NCBI GenBank assembly: GCA_963422375.2
Contig: OY729427.2
Coordinates: 448,001 to 512,000 of the forward strand
DNA from: Bryobacterales bacterium
GTDB lineage: Bacteria > Acidobacteriota > Terriglobia > Bryobacterales > UBA6623
Length of the DNA: 64,000 bases
Direction: 5' to 3'
Of this stretch, positions 20,501 through 33,632 are shown one piece after another (within the stretch, counting starts at the first letter, position 1; each line of letters begins with the position of its first letter). Under the pieces are notes generated by a model. The model saw only the letters and a list, made by a program, of their open reading frames with translations. It was not told the DNA's origin and searched no databases. Made by a program: the position numbers and the translations under genes.

Positions 20501-21862
20501 GTGCTCAAGACGTTCTACATCGAGACCTTCGGCTGTCAGATGAACGTCCACGACAGCGAGAAGGTCCGCGGCCTGCTGGAGGACCGCGGCTACCGGAGGG
20601 TCCGCTCGCCCGACGAGGCGGGAATGGTGCTCTACAACACCTGCAGCATCCGCGACAAGGCGGAGCAGAAGGTGCTCTCGCGGCTGGGCGGACTGAAGCG
20701 GCGGAGCGCGGGCAAGACGATCGGGGTGCTGGGCTGCGTGGCGCAGCACAGCGGCGAGGCCGTCTTCGAGCAGGCCCCGCACGTCGATTTCGTGTGCGGG
20801 TCGGCCAGCTACAACGCCCTGCCGGCGATCCTCGACCGCGTCGAGGCCGGCGAGGCCCGCGTGACGGGCTTGGATCTGGATACCGACGAGACGTTCGACG
20901 TCCCGCGCGTCGAGCGAGACCGTCCCTTCAGCGCGTACATCACGATCATCGAGGGCTGCGACCGGAATTGCACCTACTGCGTCGTGCCCTTCACGCGCGG
21001 CCCTGAGCGGAGCCGAGACAGCGCGGCAGTCATGCGCGAGGCGCGCGACCTCGCCACCCGGGGCTACACCGAGATCACGCTGCTCGGCCAGACGGTGAAC
21101 AGCTACCGCGACCCCTCGCCGACGGGCTGGAGCTTCGCCCGGCTGCTCGAGGAGATCGCCGGCCTGGCGGATGTCCGGCGCGTCCGCTTCACCACTTCGC
21201 ACCCGTCGGACTTCGCGCCCGACATCGTCGAGGCGATCGACCGCAACGACGCACTGTGCGGCTCGGTCCACCTGCCGGTCCAGTCCGGCTCGACCAAGGT
21301 GCTGCGCGACATGCGCCGGACCTACAGCCGCGACCAGTACATGCGCTGCGTGGACGTCCTCAGGGGCGCCGATCGCGCGATCGAGCTGAGCACGGACATC
21401 ATCGTGGGCTTCCCGGGCGAGACTGAGGCGGACTTCAGGCAGACGCTGTCCCTGCTCGAGGCCGTCGAATTCAGCTCGGTCTTCTCGTTCAAGTACTCTC
21501 CCCGGCGGGGCACGCCCGCCGCCGAGATGGCCCAGATCCCGGACGAGGAGAAGGGCCTCCGGCTGAGCGAGCTGCAGGAGCGCCAGCGGCGCATCCAGCT
21601 GCGGCGCAACGCAAGCCTCGTCGGGAAGCGCGAGGAGGTGCTCGTGGAAGGACGCAAGGAGAAGTTCCGCCAGTGGGTGGGGCGGACCACGCAGAACCGC
21701 GTCCTCAACTTCACCGATCCGTCGGTGCTGGCCGACAGCCGCGACCTTCGCGGCAGCTACTGCCAAGTCCTGGTCACGGCGTCGGGGCCCAACTCCCTGG
21801 TCGGCGAGCTGGCCTCCGCCGAGACCGAGCCCGCATTCCGCGGGCTGCGCGTGCTGAACTGA
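20501..21862 (+). CDS. miaB: tRNA-2-methylthio-N6-dimethylallyladenosine synthase
   Basis: TFGCQMNVHDSE, NTCSIRDKAEQK and CDRNCTYC radical-SAM motif. Confidence 0.96.
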   Translation: MLKTFYIETFGCQMNVHDSEKVRGLLEDRGYRRVRSPDEAGMVLYNTCSIRDKAEQKVLSRLGGLKRRSAGKTIGVLGCVAQHSGEAVFEQAPHVDFVCGSASYNALPAILDRVEAGEARVTGLDLDTDETFDVPRVERDRPFSAYITIIEGCDRNCTYCVVPFTRGPERSRDSAAVMREARDLATRGYTEITLLGQTVNSYRDPSPTGWSFARLLEEIAGLADVRRVRFTTSHPSDFAPDIVEAIDRNDALCGSVHLPVQSGSTKVLRDMRRTYSRDQYMRCVDVLRGADRAIELSTDIIVGFPGETEADFRQTLSLLEAVEFSSVFSFKYSPRRGTPAAEMAQIPDEEKGLRLSELQERQRRIQLRRNASLVGKREEVLVEGRKEKFRQWVGRTTQNRVLNFTDPSVLADSRDLRGSYCQVLVTASGPNSLVGELASAETEPAFRGLRVLN

Positions 21863-21873
21863 AGGAGGCAACG

Positions 21874-22362
21874 ATGGCGGAAGTCGAGATGAGAATCTGC
21901 GGTCTCATGATGGACCCGATCACGAACATGCCCATCGTGGTCCTCAAGGACGCAGCCAACAAGACGGTCCTGCCGATCTGGATCGGCGTGTACGAGGCGA
22001 ACGCGATCGCCCTCGAGATCGAGAAGGTGTCCACGCCGCGACCCATGACGCACGACCTGTTCCGCAACCTGCTGGTCGGCTGCGACGCGTGGATCCGGCG
22101 CGTGGTGGTGAGCGAGCTCAAGGACGACACGTTCTTCGCGGTCCTGTGGATCGAGCGCGAAGGGCAGCTGATGTCGATCGACTGCCGCCCGAGCGACGCG
22201 CTGGCACTGGCCCTGCGCCTCGACTGCCCGATCTACGTGAACGAGCAGGTCATCGCGTCGTCGAAGCTCTCGCCCTCGCTCAGCGACAAGACCAACAGCG
22301 AGGAACTGCGCAAGTGGCTCGAGAACCTCGGCGAGGAGGATCTCGGCCAGTACAAGATGTAG
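21874..22362 (+). CDS. Bifunctional nuclease (DUF151/BFN) family protein
   Basis: LPIWIG..EANAIA, RPMTHDL and DCRPSDALALA; AAGGAGG RBS before ATG 21874. Confidence 0.92.
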   Translation: MAEVEMRICGLMMDPITNMPIVVLKDAANKTVLPIWIGVYEANAIALEIEKVSTPRPMTHDLFRNLLVGCDAWIRRVVVSELKDDTFFAVLWIEREGQLMSIDCRPSDALALALRLDCPIYVNEQVIASSKLSPSLSDKTNSEELRKWLENLGEEDLGQYKM

Positions 22363-22388
22363 GGCGGCCGCGACGTCGCCGGTCCCGG

Positions 22389-23330
22389 TCAGACCACAGG
22401 GCCGCGGTGCTCGCCGAGTTCCCCGGCCCTGCGTCTGCCATCCTCCAGCGCCTCAGTGAGCTCGGCACCCTCGAGAGGCTCGTAGGCCCGGACGGCCGCG
22501 ACCGCCTTGTCGAGCTCGGCCACGGACTTCATGCCCATGATCGCGACCGACAGGCCGGGGATGCCCAGGGCATACCGCACCGAGCGCCCGTAGAACGGCT
22601 CGTCGGACAGGATCGCGCCGTCCCCTTGCGTTCCGCCGAGGATCTTCATGGCCACCAACCCGAGGCCGCGGTCCGCAGCCTCTTTGAATAGCGTGTCCTC
22701 GAAGTTGTAGATGTGGCGGTCAATCGCATTGACGGCCGCCATGACCACTTCGACGCGGCCCGAGCGCAGGACCGGCAGGGCGCGCGCCGGCCGCAAGTGG
22801 CAGGTCATGCCGACGTGCCGAACGAGTCCCTGCTCCTTGAGCGCCTCGAGGCCCGCCAGCGCCCCGTCCTCGCCCAGCAGGATATCGAGGCTCGGGAAGC
22901 GGTCGGTGCGCCCGACGTTGTGGACGTGGACAAGATCGAAGTACTCGGCCCCGGTCTTCTGAAGGCTCTCCCGAACCTGCCAGGTCGCGTCCTGCCGCGA
23001 GGTCGCCTCGACCTTGGTGACCAGCACGAAGCGGTCGCGCCTGCCCTTGAGCGCCGGGCCGAGCCGCCGCTCGGACTGGGCGTAGATCGGCGCCGTGTCG
23101 AGGTAATTCACCCCGTAGTCAGCTGCGGCGGCGATGACGTTGTTGACCTCGGACTGCGAGACTCCGGCGCGCCCGAGCGGGGACGTGCCGATGCCGAGGA
23201 CGCCGACGTCGAGGCCGGTCCTGCCGAGCGGGCGCTTCCCGACTTGCTCCGCCCTGGCCGTCCGTCCGGCGGCCAGGGCTCCGGCGATGGCGGCGGTCTT
23301 GCCGAGGTCCCTTCGGGTGATGCGATCCAT
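22389..23330 (-). CDS. Aldo/keto reductase with a Tat-like signal
   Basis: ITRRDLG signal; RPLGRTG, NYLDTAPIY, LVTK and AMKILG. Confidence 0.9.
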   Translation of the reverse strand: MDRITRRDLGKTAAIAGALAAGRTARAEQVGKRPLGRTGLDVGVLGIGTSPLGRAGVSQSEVNNVIAAAADYGVNYLDTAPIYAQSERRLGPALKGRRDRFVLVTKVEATSRQDATWQVRESLQKTGAEYFDLVHVHNVGRTDRFPSLDILLGEDGALAGLEALKEQGLVRHVGMTCHLRPARALPVLRSGRVEVVMAAVNAIDRHIYNFEDTLFKEAADRGLGLVAMKILGGTQGDGAILSDEPFYGRSVRYALGIPGLSVAIMGMKSVAELDKAVAAVRAYEPLEGAELTEALEDGRRRAGELGEHRGPVV

Positions 23331-23808
23331 GAGGCGACTCCCCTGACAGTGTACCGACGAGCCCTTGCTGGACGCGAGCGTCCGAAGCGAAGCGGGCGGG
23401 CCGGCGAGGGACCGGACCGCACCTCGCACTTCGATGGAGCAGACTCGGAAATCGTCGGCTCGCGGCATGATCGACGCACGGCCCGCGCGCTCGCGGCAGG
23501 GACGAACGATAGACTCGGGAGCGGGCGGGTCGCTTCGCGAGGCCGGGCCGGCAGGAGGGAGCCTCGTCAGCGACGCTCGGATCGCGGCCATTGCATGGGA
23601 GCGCGACGCCGAGGCTCGTGCTGCCGACCGCGATTCCGCGCGCTGCGCCAATCTCCGCTGCAACCGCGACGGGCCAGCGGCTGTCCGCAGGGAGCCCGCG
23701 ATGCGGCCGGCACCAGGCCCCGCCCGCCGGTTCGGCGAGCGGGGCGGCGCCTCGCCCGCATCGACCTGCCGCGAAGATCTCGCCGGCGCCGGCACTCGTC
23801 GGCGCAAG

Positions 23809-26079
23809 CTAGTCGCCGGCGAACGTCCAGCGCAGGCCGACTCGGAACGTGCGCCCGGGGTCAGCCCGGTAATAGGTCGGGTTGGTCGCTTCGAGATTCG
23901 AGTCCACGGAATCGAACATGTTGTCGACGGCTCCGTAGATCTCGAACCCCTTGCGCAGGCGCTTCGCCAAGTACCAGTCCCACAGCTGGTAGCTGTCGAG
24001 GACCGTCGTGGCGCGAGGCCCGAGGATCGGCCACTTGCCGAGGTAACTTCCGCGGAAGTTGGTGCGGATCCCGCCGAAGCGCTCCGTGGACCACCACACC
24101 CGGAGATTGCCGTGATGCTTGTGACGCTGGCTCAGGAAGCCCCCCGTCTGCTTGTCCCGGGCGTCAAGGTACACGTACCCGCTCGAGACGAGCAGGCCCT
24201 GCGCAAGGCGCAGCCGGGCCTTGCCCTCGAGTCCCGTCGTGTACACGCGGTCGATATTCCGGTACATATAGGTCAGGCGGTTCAGCCCGGGATCGAAGGC
24301 GGACTGGACCCCGTGTTCCTGCAGCAGCGAGCGAAGCTGCTCGGGAGTCCGCGGCCGACCGAGCAGCTCGGTCTGAATCAGGTTCTCGATGTCGTTCCGG
24401 AAGTAGGTCACGCCCATGTTGAGGCGCCCGACGTTGCTGTCGAATCCCACCTGGGAGGTGGTCGACGATTCGGGTTTCAGGCTAGGATTGCCGATGATCT
24501 GATAGAGGCCCGACGTGGTCAGGAAGCGGTAATAGAGCTGTCCCAAGTCCGGAGCGCGGAAGCCCTGCCCTAGCGACGCCCTGAGGCGGAAGCGGTCCGC
24601 CGCCCGGAACATCAGTCCCAGGCGCGGAACCACAGTCGATCCGTACGCCGAGTGGTCGGTAACGCGTCCCCCGACCGTCAGGCTCAGGCGCGGATGCGCC
24701 TGAATGCGGTCCTGGAACCAAGCGTCCGCCATGCGGATCGACTGGCCGCTGTTGTCGCCGAGCAGGCGATTGTGGCCACGGTACTCGTCGTGCGTCCAGT
24801 CCAAGCCGCCTTGCAGCAGCTGCCGCCCGCCGAGCACGTGCGACAGGCTCGCGGCGAAGCGGTAGAGCCGTTCGTTGAGGTTCGCCTTGCCCTCGAATGG
24901 ACCCGGGACCGAGAGCAAGTCGACCGCGGACCTCTCGTCGTACTTGCCGTAGTACCCGCGAACCTGCAAGCTCGTTGCAGCCGAGATTCCGGCGTTCAGC
25001 GTCGCGCCGAAGTTCGAGGCGCTGTCGTCGGTGGTGGTGGACTGCGCGCCAGTGCGTCCCGCGAACACGCTGATCTCGCGGTTGTCGAAGGCGTTGGCCA
25101 GCATGCTCAGCCTCAGCCGCTGGGAGAAGTTCCGGCTGACCTTCGCCAGGTAGTCGTAGCGCCGGAAGCCCGGGCCGGTCGTGTCGAAGTCCTGGGGCGT
25201 CAAGTCGTACGGGTTGCGCTTGTGTCTCTCCGCAGCGAGGAAGCCGGACCAGCCGCCGAGGACGAAGCCGGTGTCGGCGCGCAGGTCGACACCGCCCATA
25301 GAAGCCGCCGAGGCCGTGACATCGGCGTCGAAGCGCCGGCGGGGCTCGCGCGTGATCATGTTGACGACGCCGCCGATGGCGTCGGACCCGTAGAGCGGGG
25401 AGAGCGCCCCCTTGACGACCTCGACCCGTTCCAAGCGGTTCGTCGACTGCCGGTTCAGGTTGAGGATGCCGCTCTTGACGCCACGCGCTCCGACGACCGG
25501 GAAGCCGTCGATCAGCACGAGCGACTGCCGGGAGTCGATTCCGTGGATCTGGATCCCGGCACGGCTTCCGGGCGAGCGGCTGGTCCTGGTCACGATTCCG
25601 GGCTCTTCGGAGAGAATGCCAGCGACGCTCTCGTACCCCGAGTCCCGCAGCTGGCTGCGCGAGACCACCGCGACCATGGCCACCGAGGCCTCCAGCAGTT
25701 CGTCCTCGCGCGACCCGGTCACGACGATGGACTGGGTCAGGGCCGCCGGCGATAGGGTCAGGACGAGCGGGGCCGGCGGCTCGCCGCCCACGCGCACCTC
25801 CGCGGAGGCCGTCGCGAAATCGTTCCGGGCAGCGCTCACGAGGTACGCACCGGACCGCAATTCGAATGCGAACTCGCCTCGGGGTCCGGAGCGGCGCGAG
25901 GTCTCGAGACCCGTCTGCAAGTCTCGAAGGAGCACGGCCGTGCCGACCATGGGCGCGCCCGACTGATCGCGCACCTCGCCTTCAAGTGCGAAGCGGTCGC
26001 GCGCGCTTGCCTGCAGCGCCAGAACCGCGAGCAACGCGGCCAGGCTCAGCGTCCCGGCGACGAGTCTCTTGGCCTGCAT
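23809..26079 (-). CDS. TonB-dependent receptor (BtuB/CirA/heme-receptor-like) with an N-terminal carboxypeptidase-regulatory-like domain
   Basis: Signal peptide, SIVVTGSR TonB-box region, RVEVVKGALSPLYGSDAIGGVVN plug, GFRAP, GNPSLKPE and GRTFRVGLRWTF. Confidence 0.93.
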   Translation of the reverse strand: MQAKRLVAGTLSLAALLAVLALQASARDRFALEGEVRDQSGAPMVGTAVLLRDLQTGLETSRRSGPRGEFAFELRSGAYLVSAARNDFATASAEVRVGGEPPAPLVLTLSPAALTQSIVVTGSREDELLEASVAMVAVVSRSQLRDSGYESVAGILSEEPGIVTRTSRSPGSRAGIQIHGIDSRQSLVLIDGFPVVGARGVKSGILNLNRQSTNRLERVEVVKGALSPLYGSDAIGGVVNMITREPRRRFDADVTASAASMGGVDLRADTGFVLGGWSGFLAAERHKRNPYDLTPQDFDTTGPGFRRYDYLAKVSRNFSQRLRLSMLANAFDNREISVFAGRTGAQSTTTDDSASNFGATLNAGISAATSLQVRGYYGKYDERSAVDLLSVPGPFEGKANLNERLYRFAASLSHVLGGRQLLQGGLDWTHDEYRGHNRLLGDNSGQSIRMADAWFQDRIQAHPRLSLTVGGRVTDHSAYGSTVVPRLGLMFRAADRFRLRASLGQGFRAPDLGQLYYRFLTTSGLYQIIGNPSLKPESSTTSQVGFDSNVGRLNMGVTYFRNDIENLIQTELLGRPRTPEQLRSLLQEHGVQSAFDPGLNRLTYMYRNIDRVYTTGLEGKARLRLAQGLLVSSGYVYLDARDKQTGGFLSQRHKHHGNLRVWWSTERFGGIRTNFRGSYLGKWPILGPRATTVLDSYQLWDWYLAKRLRKGFEIYGAVDNMFDSVDSNLEATNPTYYRADPGRTFRVGLRWTFAGD

Positions 26080-26082
26080 CGC

Positions 26083-26925
26083 CTAGTCCCCCGCGTGCCG
26101 CGCGACTGGCTGCCCGGGGCGGGCGTCGGCCGAGCCGCCGCCCTGCGGCTCGAGGAGTTCGATCCCGCTCCACTCGATGCGGTAGGTCGTGGGCTGCCCC
26201 CCGTCGATTCGCACCACTTGGCGGGACAGCGGCAAGTACTCCCCGTCGATGCGCTGGAACCTGCTGGTGTAGGCCCAAGCCTCGCGCACCGCGCCCGTGT
26301 CCCTGTCGAGGCGCGCCGCGAAGACGTGGCGCGGCAGGTAGCGCCCGGTCGCGGTCGTCTCGCTCTCGAGGACCGTGATGACGAACCGAGGCCCGGCGAG
26401 CCGCCGGTCCACCTGCACGATCCGACCGTCCCGGATGCGGTAGGCGGACTCGTACTCGTCGTTCAGCAGAACCTTCCGGCCGAGCGGGCTGGAATCCGGC
26501 TTCCCGTAGCGCGCCCGCCGAGGCTCGGTCGGGCTCGCGGGGACGCGGTGCATGAGCATCGAGCGCACCGCGGCGGTCACGTCCGGCAGGTCATCGGTGT
26601 GCTGCAGCGTTACCTGGACGGTTCCCCGCAGCCGGAAGAGGCAGGTTCCGTGAAACTCGCGCCCGTCGAATTGAACGGTCAGCTTGCTGCGAAACCCGGG
26701 AAACGAGTCCGACAGCACCTCACGGTTGCTGCGAGCCTGCCGCAGGAGCTCCGTTGCCGACACTTCGGCAGCGGCCGGGCCCTCCTCGGCAGCCGCGAGG
26801 CGCGGGACCGTCGCGCCGGGTAGGGCTAGAGCCCAGAGAAGGGCGGCGGCGAGAGGGCGTGCCCGGCTCGAGCGGCGGCCGCCCGCCGACACCGCCGGAA
26901 TGGCGCTTGCGCGTCTGAACATCAT
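26083..26925 (-). CDS. Exported DUF3386-like protein
   Basis: FPGFRSKLTV and YRIRDGRIVQVDR..RFVITVLE..GRYLP pattern; ends 3 nt before the receptor start (operon). Confidence 0.7.
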   Translation of the reverse strand: MMFRRASAIPAVSAGGRRSSRARPLAAALLWALALPGATVPRLAAAEEGPAAAEVSATELLRQARSNREVLSDSFPGFRSKLTVQFDGREFHGTCLFRLRGTVQVTLQHTDDLPDVTAAVRSMLMHRVPASPTEPRRARYGKPDSSPLGRKVLLNDEYESAYRIRDGRIVQVDRRLAGPRFVITVLESETTATGRYLPRHVFAARLDRDTGAVREAWAYTSRFQRIDGEYLPLSRQVVRIDGGQPTTYRIEWSGIELLEPQGGGSADARPGQPVARHAGD

Positions 26926-26994
26926 GCAGATCCTCCGTGGGAATCGCGAGAAACAGGACCGTCCCGGCTCCCGGGACGCCCTCAGTGTAGCAAT

Positions 26995-27015
26995 AAATGC
27001 AACTGTGTTTCATAT
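26995..27015. promoter_or_regulatory. Putative Fur/Zur-family operator 1
   Basis: AT-rich imperfect palindrome AAATGCAACTGTGTTTCATAT upstream of the TonB receptor operon. Confidence 0.5.
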
Positions 27016-27137
27016 ACAAAGGCCTGCGGCCGAAATCCGGCTGTCGTTCGCCACCTCGCATCTTGCTGATTTACAGTGGATTACCTAGGAATCTCCGTCG
27101 ATTCCGGGCGATCCGCTCTCTAGGCCGTCCTCGCAAT

Positions 27138-27158
27138 AATTGCAATAAAGTTACATTT
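27138..27158. promoter_or_regulatory. Putative Fur/Zur-family operator 2
   Basis: Reads AAATGTAACTTTATTGCAATT on the minus strand; shares AAATGyAACTkTrTTkCA with operator 1. Confidence 0.45.
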
Positions 27159-27266
27159 CACCCGCTGCTAGGCCGCTCCCACGGCGGCTCCGGGCGCGCG
27201 GGCCTGGAGGTGGGCCGGCGGCGCCGGTCCGGGCTGACGGGCCGGCGGGCGCAACGCTAGAATGGA

Positions 27267-27872
27267 ATGAGGTCGGTGCCGTCGCTCCCGAATCCTTCCG
27301 AGCCGCTGATGGAGGCCGAGACTCAGGTGCCGCCGGAGCGGCCGCTCCGGTACGGCACGGCGCGCATGGACTGGCGCGCATGGCTGCGCGACTGCGTGCT
27401 CTCGCTCTGCATCGCGGGGTTCGTGATCGTGTTCATCTGCCAGCCCGTCAAGGTCGAGGGCACCAGCATGCTCCCGCAGCTCGCCGACGACCAGCGCATC
27501 TTCGTGAGCAAGGTCGCCTACCGCTTCGACCTGGTCGAGCGCGGCGACGTCATCGTGTTCCGCTTCCCGGGAGATCCTTCCCGGTCGTACATCAAGCGCG
27601 TGATCGGCCTTCCGGGCGAGACGGTCGAAATCCGCTACGGGGAGGTGCTGGTCGACGGACGGGTCCAGCCTGAACCGTACGTGCCGCCGAGGTATCGCGA
27701 CCGCTCGAACCACCCGCCCGTGGCGGTGGGAGAAGGGGCCTACTACGTGCTCGGCGATCACCGCAGCACGTCGAACGACAGCCGGACCTGGGGCACGGTC
27801 GACGGTTCGTTCGTCACGGGAAAGGCTGTCTTCGCCTACTGGCCGCCCGAGCGCTTCGGCGTGGTGCGCTAG
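27267..27872 (+). CDS. lepB: Signal peptidase I
   Basis: VEGTSMLP, YIKRVIGLPGE and GDHRSTSNDSR; start uncertain. Confidence 0.95.
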   Translation: MRSVPSLPNPSEPLMEAETQVPPERPLRYGTARMDWRAWLRDCVLSLCIAGFVIVFICQPVKVEGTSMLPQLADDQRIFVSKVAYRFDLVERGDVIVFRFPGDPSRSYIKRVIGLPGETVEIRYGEVLVDGRVQPEPYVPPRYRDRSNHPPVAVGEGAYYVLGDHRSTSNDSRTWGTVDGSFVTGKAVFAYWPPERFGVVR

Positions 27873-27890
27873 GCCGGAGCATCGCCTCGC

Positions 27891-29021
27891 ATGAGCCGGC
27901 CAGCCACTCTCGCGCTCGAGGACGGGCGCTGCTTCCACGGGCGCGCCGCGGGCGCGCGGGCGGAGGTGTCCGGCGAGGTCGTGTTCAACACGGGCCTCAC
28001 GGGCTACCAGGAGATCTTCACCGACCCGTCGTACAGCGGGCAGATCGTCGTCCTGACCTATCCCCACATCGGCAACTACGGCACCAACGCCGACGACAGC
28101 GAGTCGAGCCGACCCTACATCGAGGGTCTGGTGGCGCGTGAGTTCTCGGCGGTAGCGAGCAACTGGCGCTGCTCGCAGGACGCCGCAGAGTTCCTCAAGT
28201 CGCGGGGCATCCCGGTCCTCTCCGGGATCGACACGCGGGCGCTGGTGCGCCACATCCGCAGGCGCGGCTCCCTCCGGGGCGTGCTCTCCTCGCTGGACAC
28301 GGCACCAGGGCAGCTGGTGGAAAAGGCGCGCTCGTCGCCGAGCATGGCCGGACTGAACCTAGCCAGCGGGGTCTCGACCAAGGAGCGCTACACGTGGACG
28401 GATGGCCCTCCCGACTGCCTGCCGTCCGCTCTGCCCGAGGCCCGCCCGGAGGGCTCGCTGCACGTCGTGGCGTACGACTTCGGCATCAAGCGCAACATCC
28501 TGCGCCGGCTGGCGGCCATCGGGGCGCGCGTCACGGTCGTCCCGTGCGACACGCCCGCCGACGACGCGCTGGCGCTGCGGCCCGACGGCGTGTTCGTCTC
28601 GAACGGGCCCGGGGACCCCGAGCCGCTCCGCGGCCCGGCGGCCGAGCTGCGCAAGCTGGCCGGGCGCGTGCCGATGTTCGGGATCTGCCTCGGCCTGCAG
28701 CTGCTGGGGCAGGCGCTGGGAGGGCGGACCTACAAGCTCAAGTTCGGGCACCACGGCTGCAACCACCCCGTCCTGAACACGCAGACCGGGAAGGTCGAAA
28801 TCACCTCGCAAAACCACGGCTTCGCGCTGGATCCCGATTCACTCGACGCGTCCGAGATCGAGCTCACCCACGTCAACCTGAACGACCGCACGGTCGAGGG
28901 CATTCGCAGCCGCAAGGACCCGCTCTTCTGCGTGCAGTACCACCCGGAGGCCGCGCCCGGCCCGCACGACTCGCGGTACCTGTTCGACGATTTCCGGAGA
29001 CTGATGCTAGCGGCGGCCTAG
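27891..29021 (+). CDS. carA: Carbamoyl-phosphate synthase small subunit
   Basis: GEVVFNT..GYQEIFTDPSY, SNGPGDP, GICLG and QYHPEA. Confidence 0.97.
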   Translation: MSRPATLALEDGRCFHGRAAGARAEVSGEVVFNTGLTGYQEIFTDPSYSGQIVVLTYPHIGNYGTNADDSESSRPYIEGLVAREFSAVASNWRCSQDAAEFLKSRGIPVLSGIDTRALVRHIRRRGSLRGVLSSLDTAPGQLVEKARSSPSMAGLNLASGVSTKERYTWTDGPPDCLPSALPEARPEGSLHVVAYDFGIKRNILRRLAAIGARVTVVPCDTPADDALALRPDGVFVSNGPGDPEPLRGPAAELRKLAGRVPMFGICLGLQLLGQALGGRTYKLKFGHHGCNHPVLNTQTGKVEITSQNHGFALDPDSLDASEIELTHVNLNDRTVEGIRSRKDPLFCVQYHPEAAPGPHDSRYLFDDFRRLMLAAA

Positions 29022-29054
29022 CCGCCCGGCCCGCTAGCGCCCCGCGACCCGGCC

Positions 29055-32264
<3,210 letters not shown>

Positions 32265-33632
32265 CCGCACGTCCGCTCGAACCGGGCACGCCGCTCTAAG
32301 CGAGGCCTCCCTCGGGGATCGCCTGATGGCAACCCGGTCCATTCGGATGCCTCCCGGGCGCGGCCGCACTCGGCGAAACCCATCCGGCCCGGAGAGACTC
32401 GCCTAGATCACCATTCGCCGTCCCCTGCCAGCACCTGCTAGGCGGCAACCAATGCTCATGAGCGGGCGGCACCCCATCCGGGCCAGCAACCGGGGTCGCC
32501 TGACGACCGAGCCGGGCACCCCCGCTCGATACGGCCCGAGGCAAGCCCCGAGCAACGGGCGCGCCCGAGGCACTCCGCGCGCGGCTGCAACCGGGTCAGC
32601 CGAGCCGGTAGCGGCTCGCCATCAGATCTCGTGGCAGCCCGAGTGGCTAGGTCATTCGCTAGCGCGACGGACGGTTGCAATGGCCCTCAAACCGTGACGC
32701 CGGTCCCTCGGCAGCGCCGCGACACCGAACGCCTCTGATGGCATTTCTCTAAGTTGACGAGCAGCAGGCCCCGGTCAGGGACACTTCGAAGTATGCGAAT
32801 GTTGCTTCGGCGTTCATCGGTCGCGCTCTGTAGTCGGGCATTGGCTTGCTGGGCGGTAGCGACCCGCCACTTGTTGCGTCTTCGCCCATTCGCTAGTCCG
32901 GGCTCCATCTCGCCTTGTGGAAGCCCGTTGTCGCGCTAGGTCCCCCTCGAAGGGCGGTGGAGAATACCGGATCCCGACTTGGCCGACTGTCGGCCGGGCA
33001 ATTGCGAGACCAACCTGAACTGAATCCGCGCCGCCGCCATCAAGTCCGGATTGCGCAGCCGCGCCAAGCCCACTTGCCGAGCCTGTAGGACGGGGTCGAG
33101 ACCGGCGACGTCCAGCGCACGCAACCCAACCTTGGCAGGGCTCCGTAGATCTCACGCCGAATCCGCGGGGTCCGGCCCGCGACCGCGGCGGACGAGTTCA
33201 ATCCGCGGTGGCCGATGGCACCCGCCGTCACGGTATAAGCCCTTTCTGCCTAGTCCGTTGACAGACGTCGGAGGCGGCCGTGACTGGCAGCCGCCGGGCG
33301 AGCCGCACGAGGTCGTCGCCGCTTTCTGCGAGGAGCCGTCTCATACGCTCGGATCGGCCTACACAGTCGGTCCTATCGGAAGGCAGGGAACCGAGGGCGT
33401 GCAGGCCAGAACGCAAGACGCCCGCCACGCCGCTGCCCCAGACCGACAGGCAGCGGGAAGGTCTGTCTCTGACCTATCCGAAGCCCGAGCGCGGATTGCG
33501 GAACCGTCCCGAGGGGCGAGGCTGGCGGCGATTAGGACGCGCAGTCAGGGACGGTCCAAGCAACGCCTTCCAAGGCGCGCCAACAGTCAGCGGCGCCAAA
33601 GCGGCCGAAGGGGGCCCGTACAATGGTCGTTC

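Noticed and set aside
33274..33310. CGTGACTGGC upstream of purH resembling the ZMP/ZTP riboswitch core
   Set aside because: The GGGGAGC strand and the 3' CGCCUGGG pseudoknot hairpin are not present, and the site is about 350 nt from the start codon
33380..33490. AGGGAA..CCCGCCAC..GGGAAGG..GAAGCC words resembling a cobalamin riboswitch
   Set aside because: The expected helices and B12 box could not be built, and purH is an implausible target
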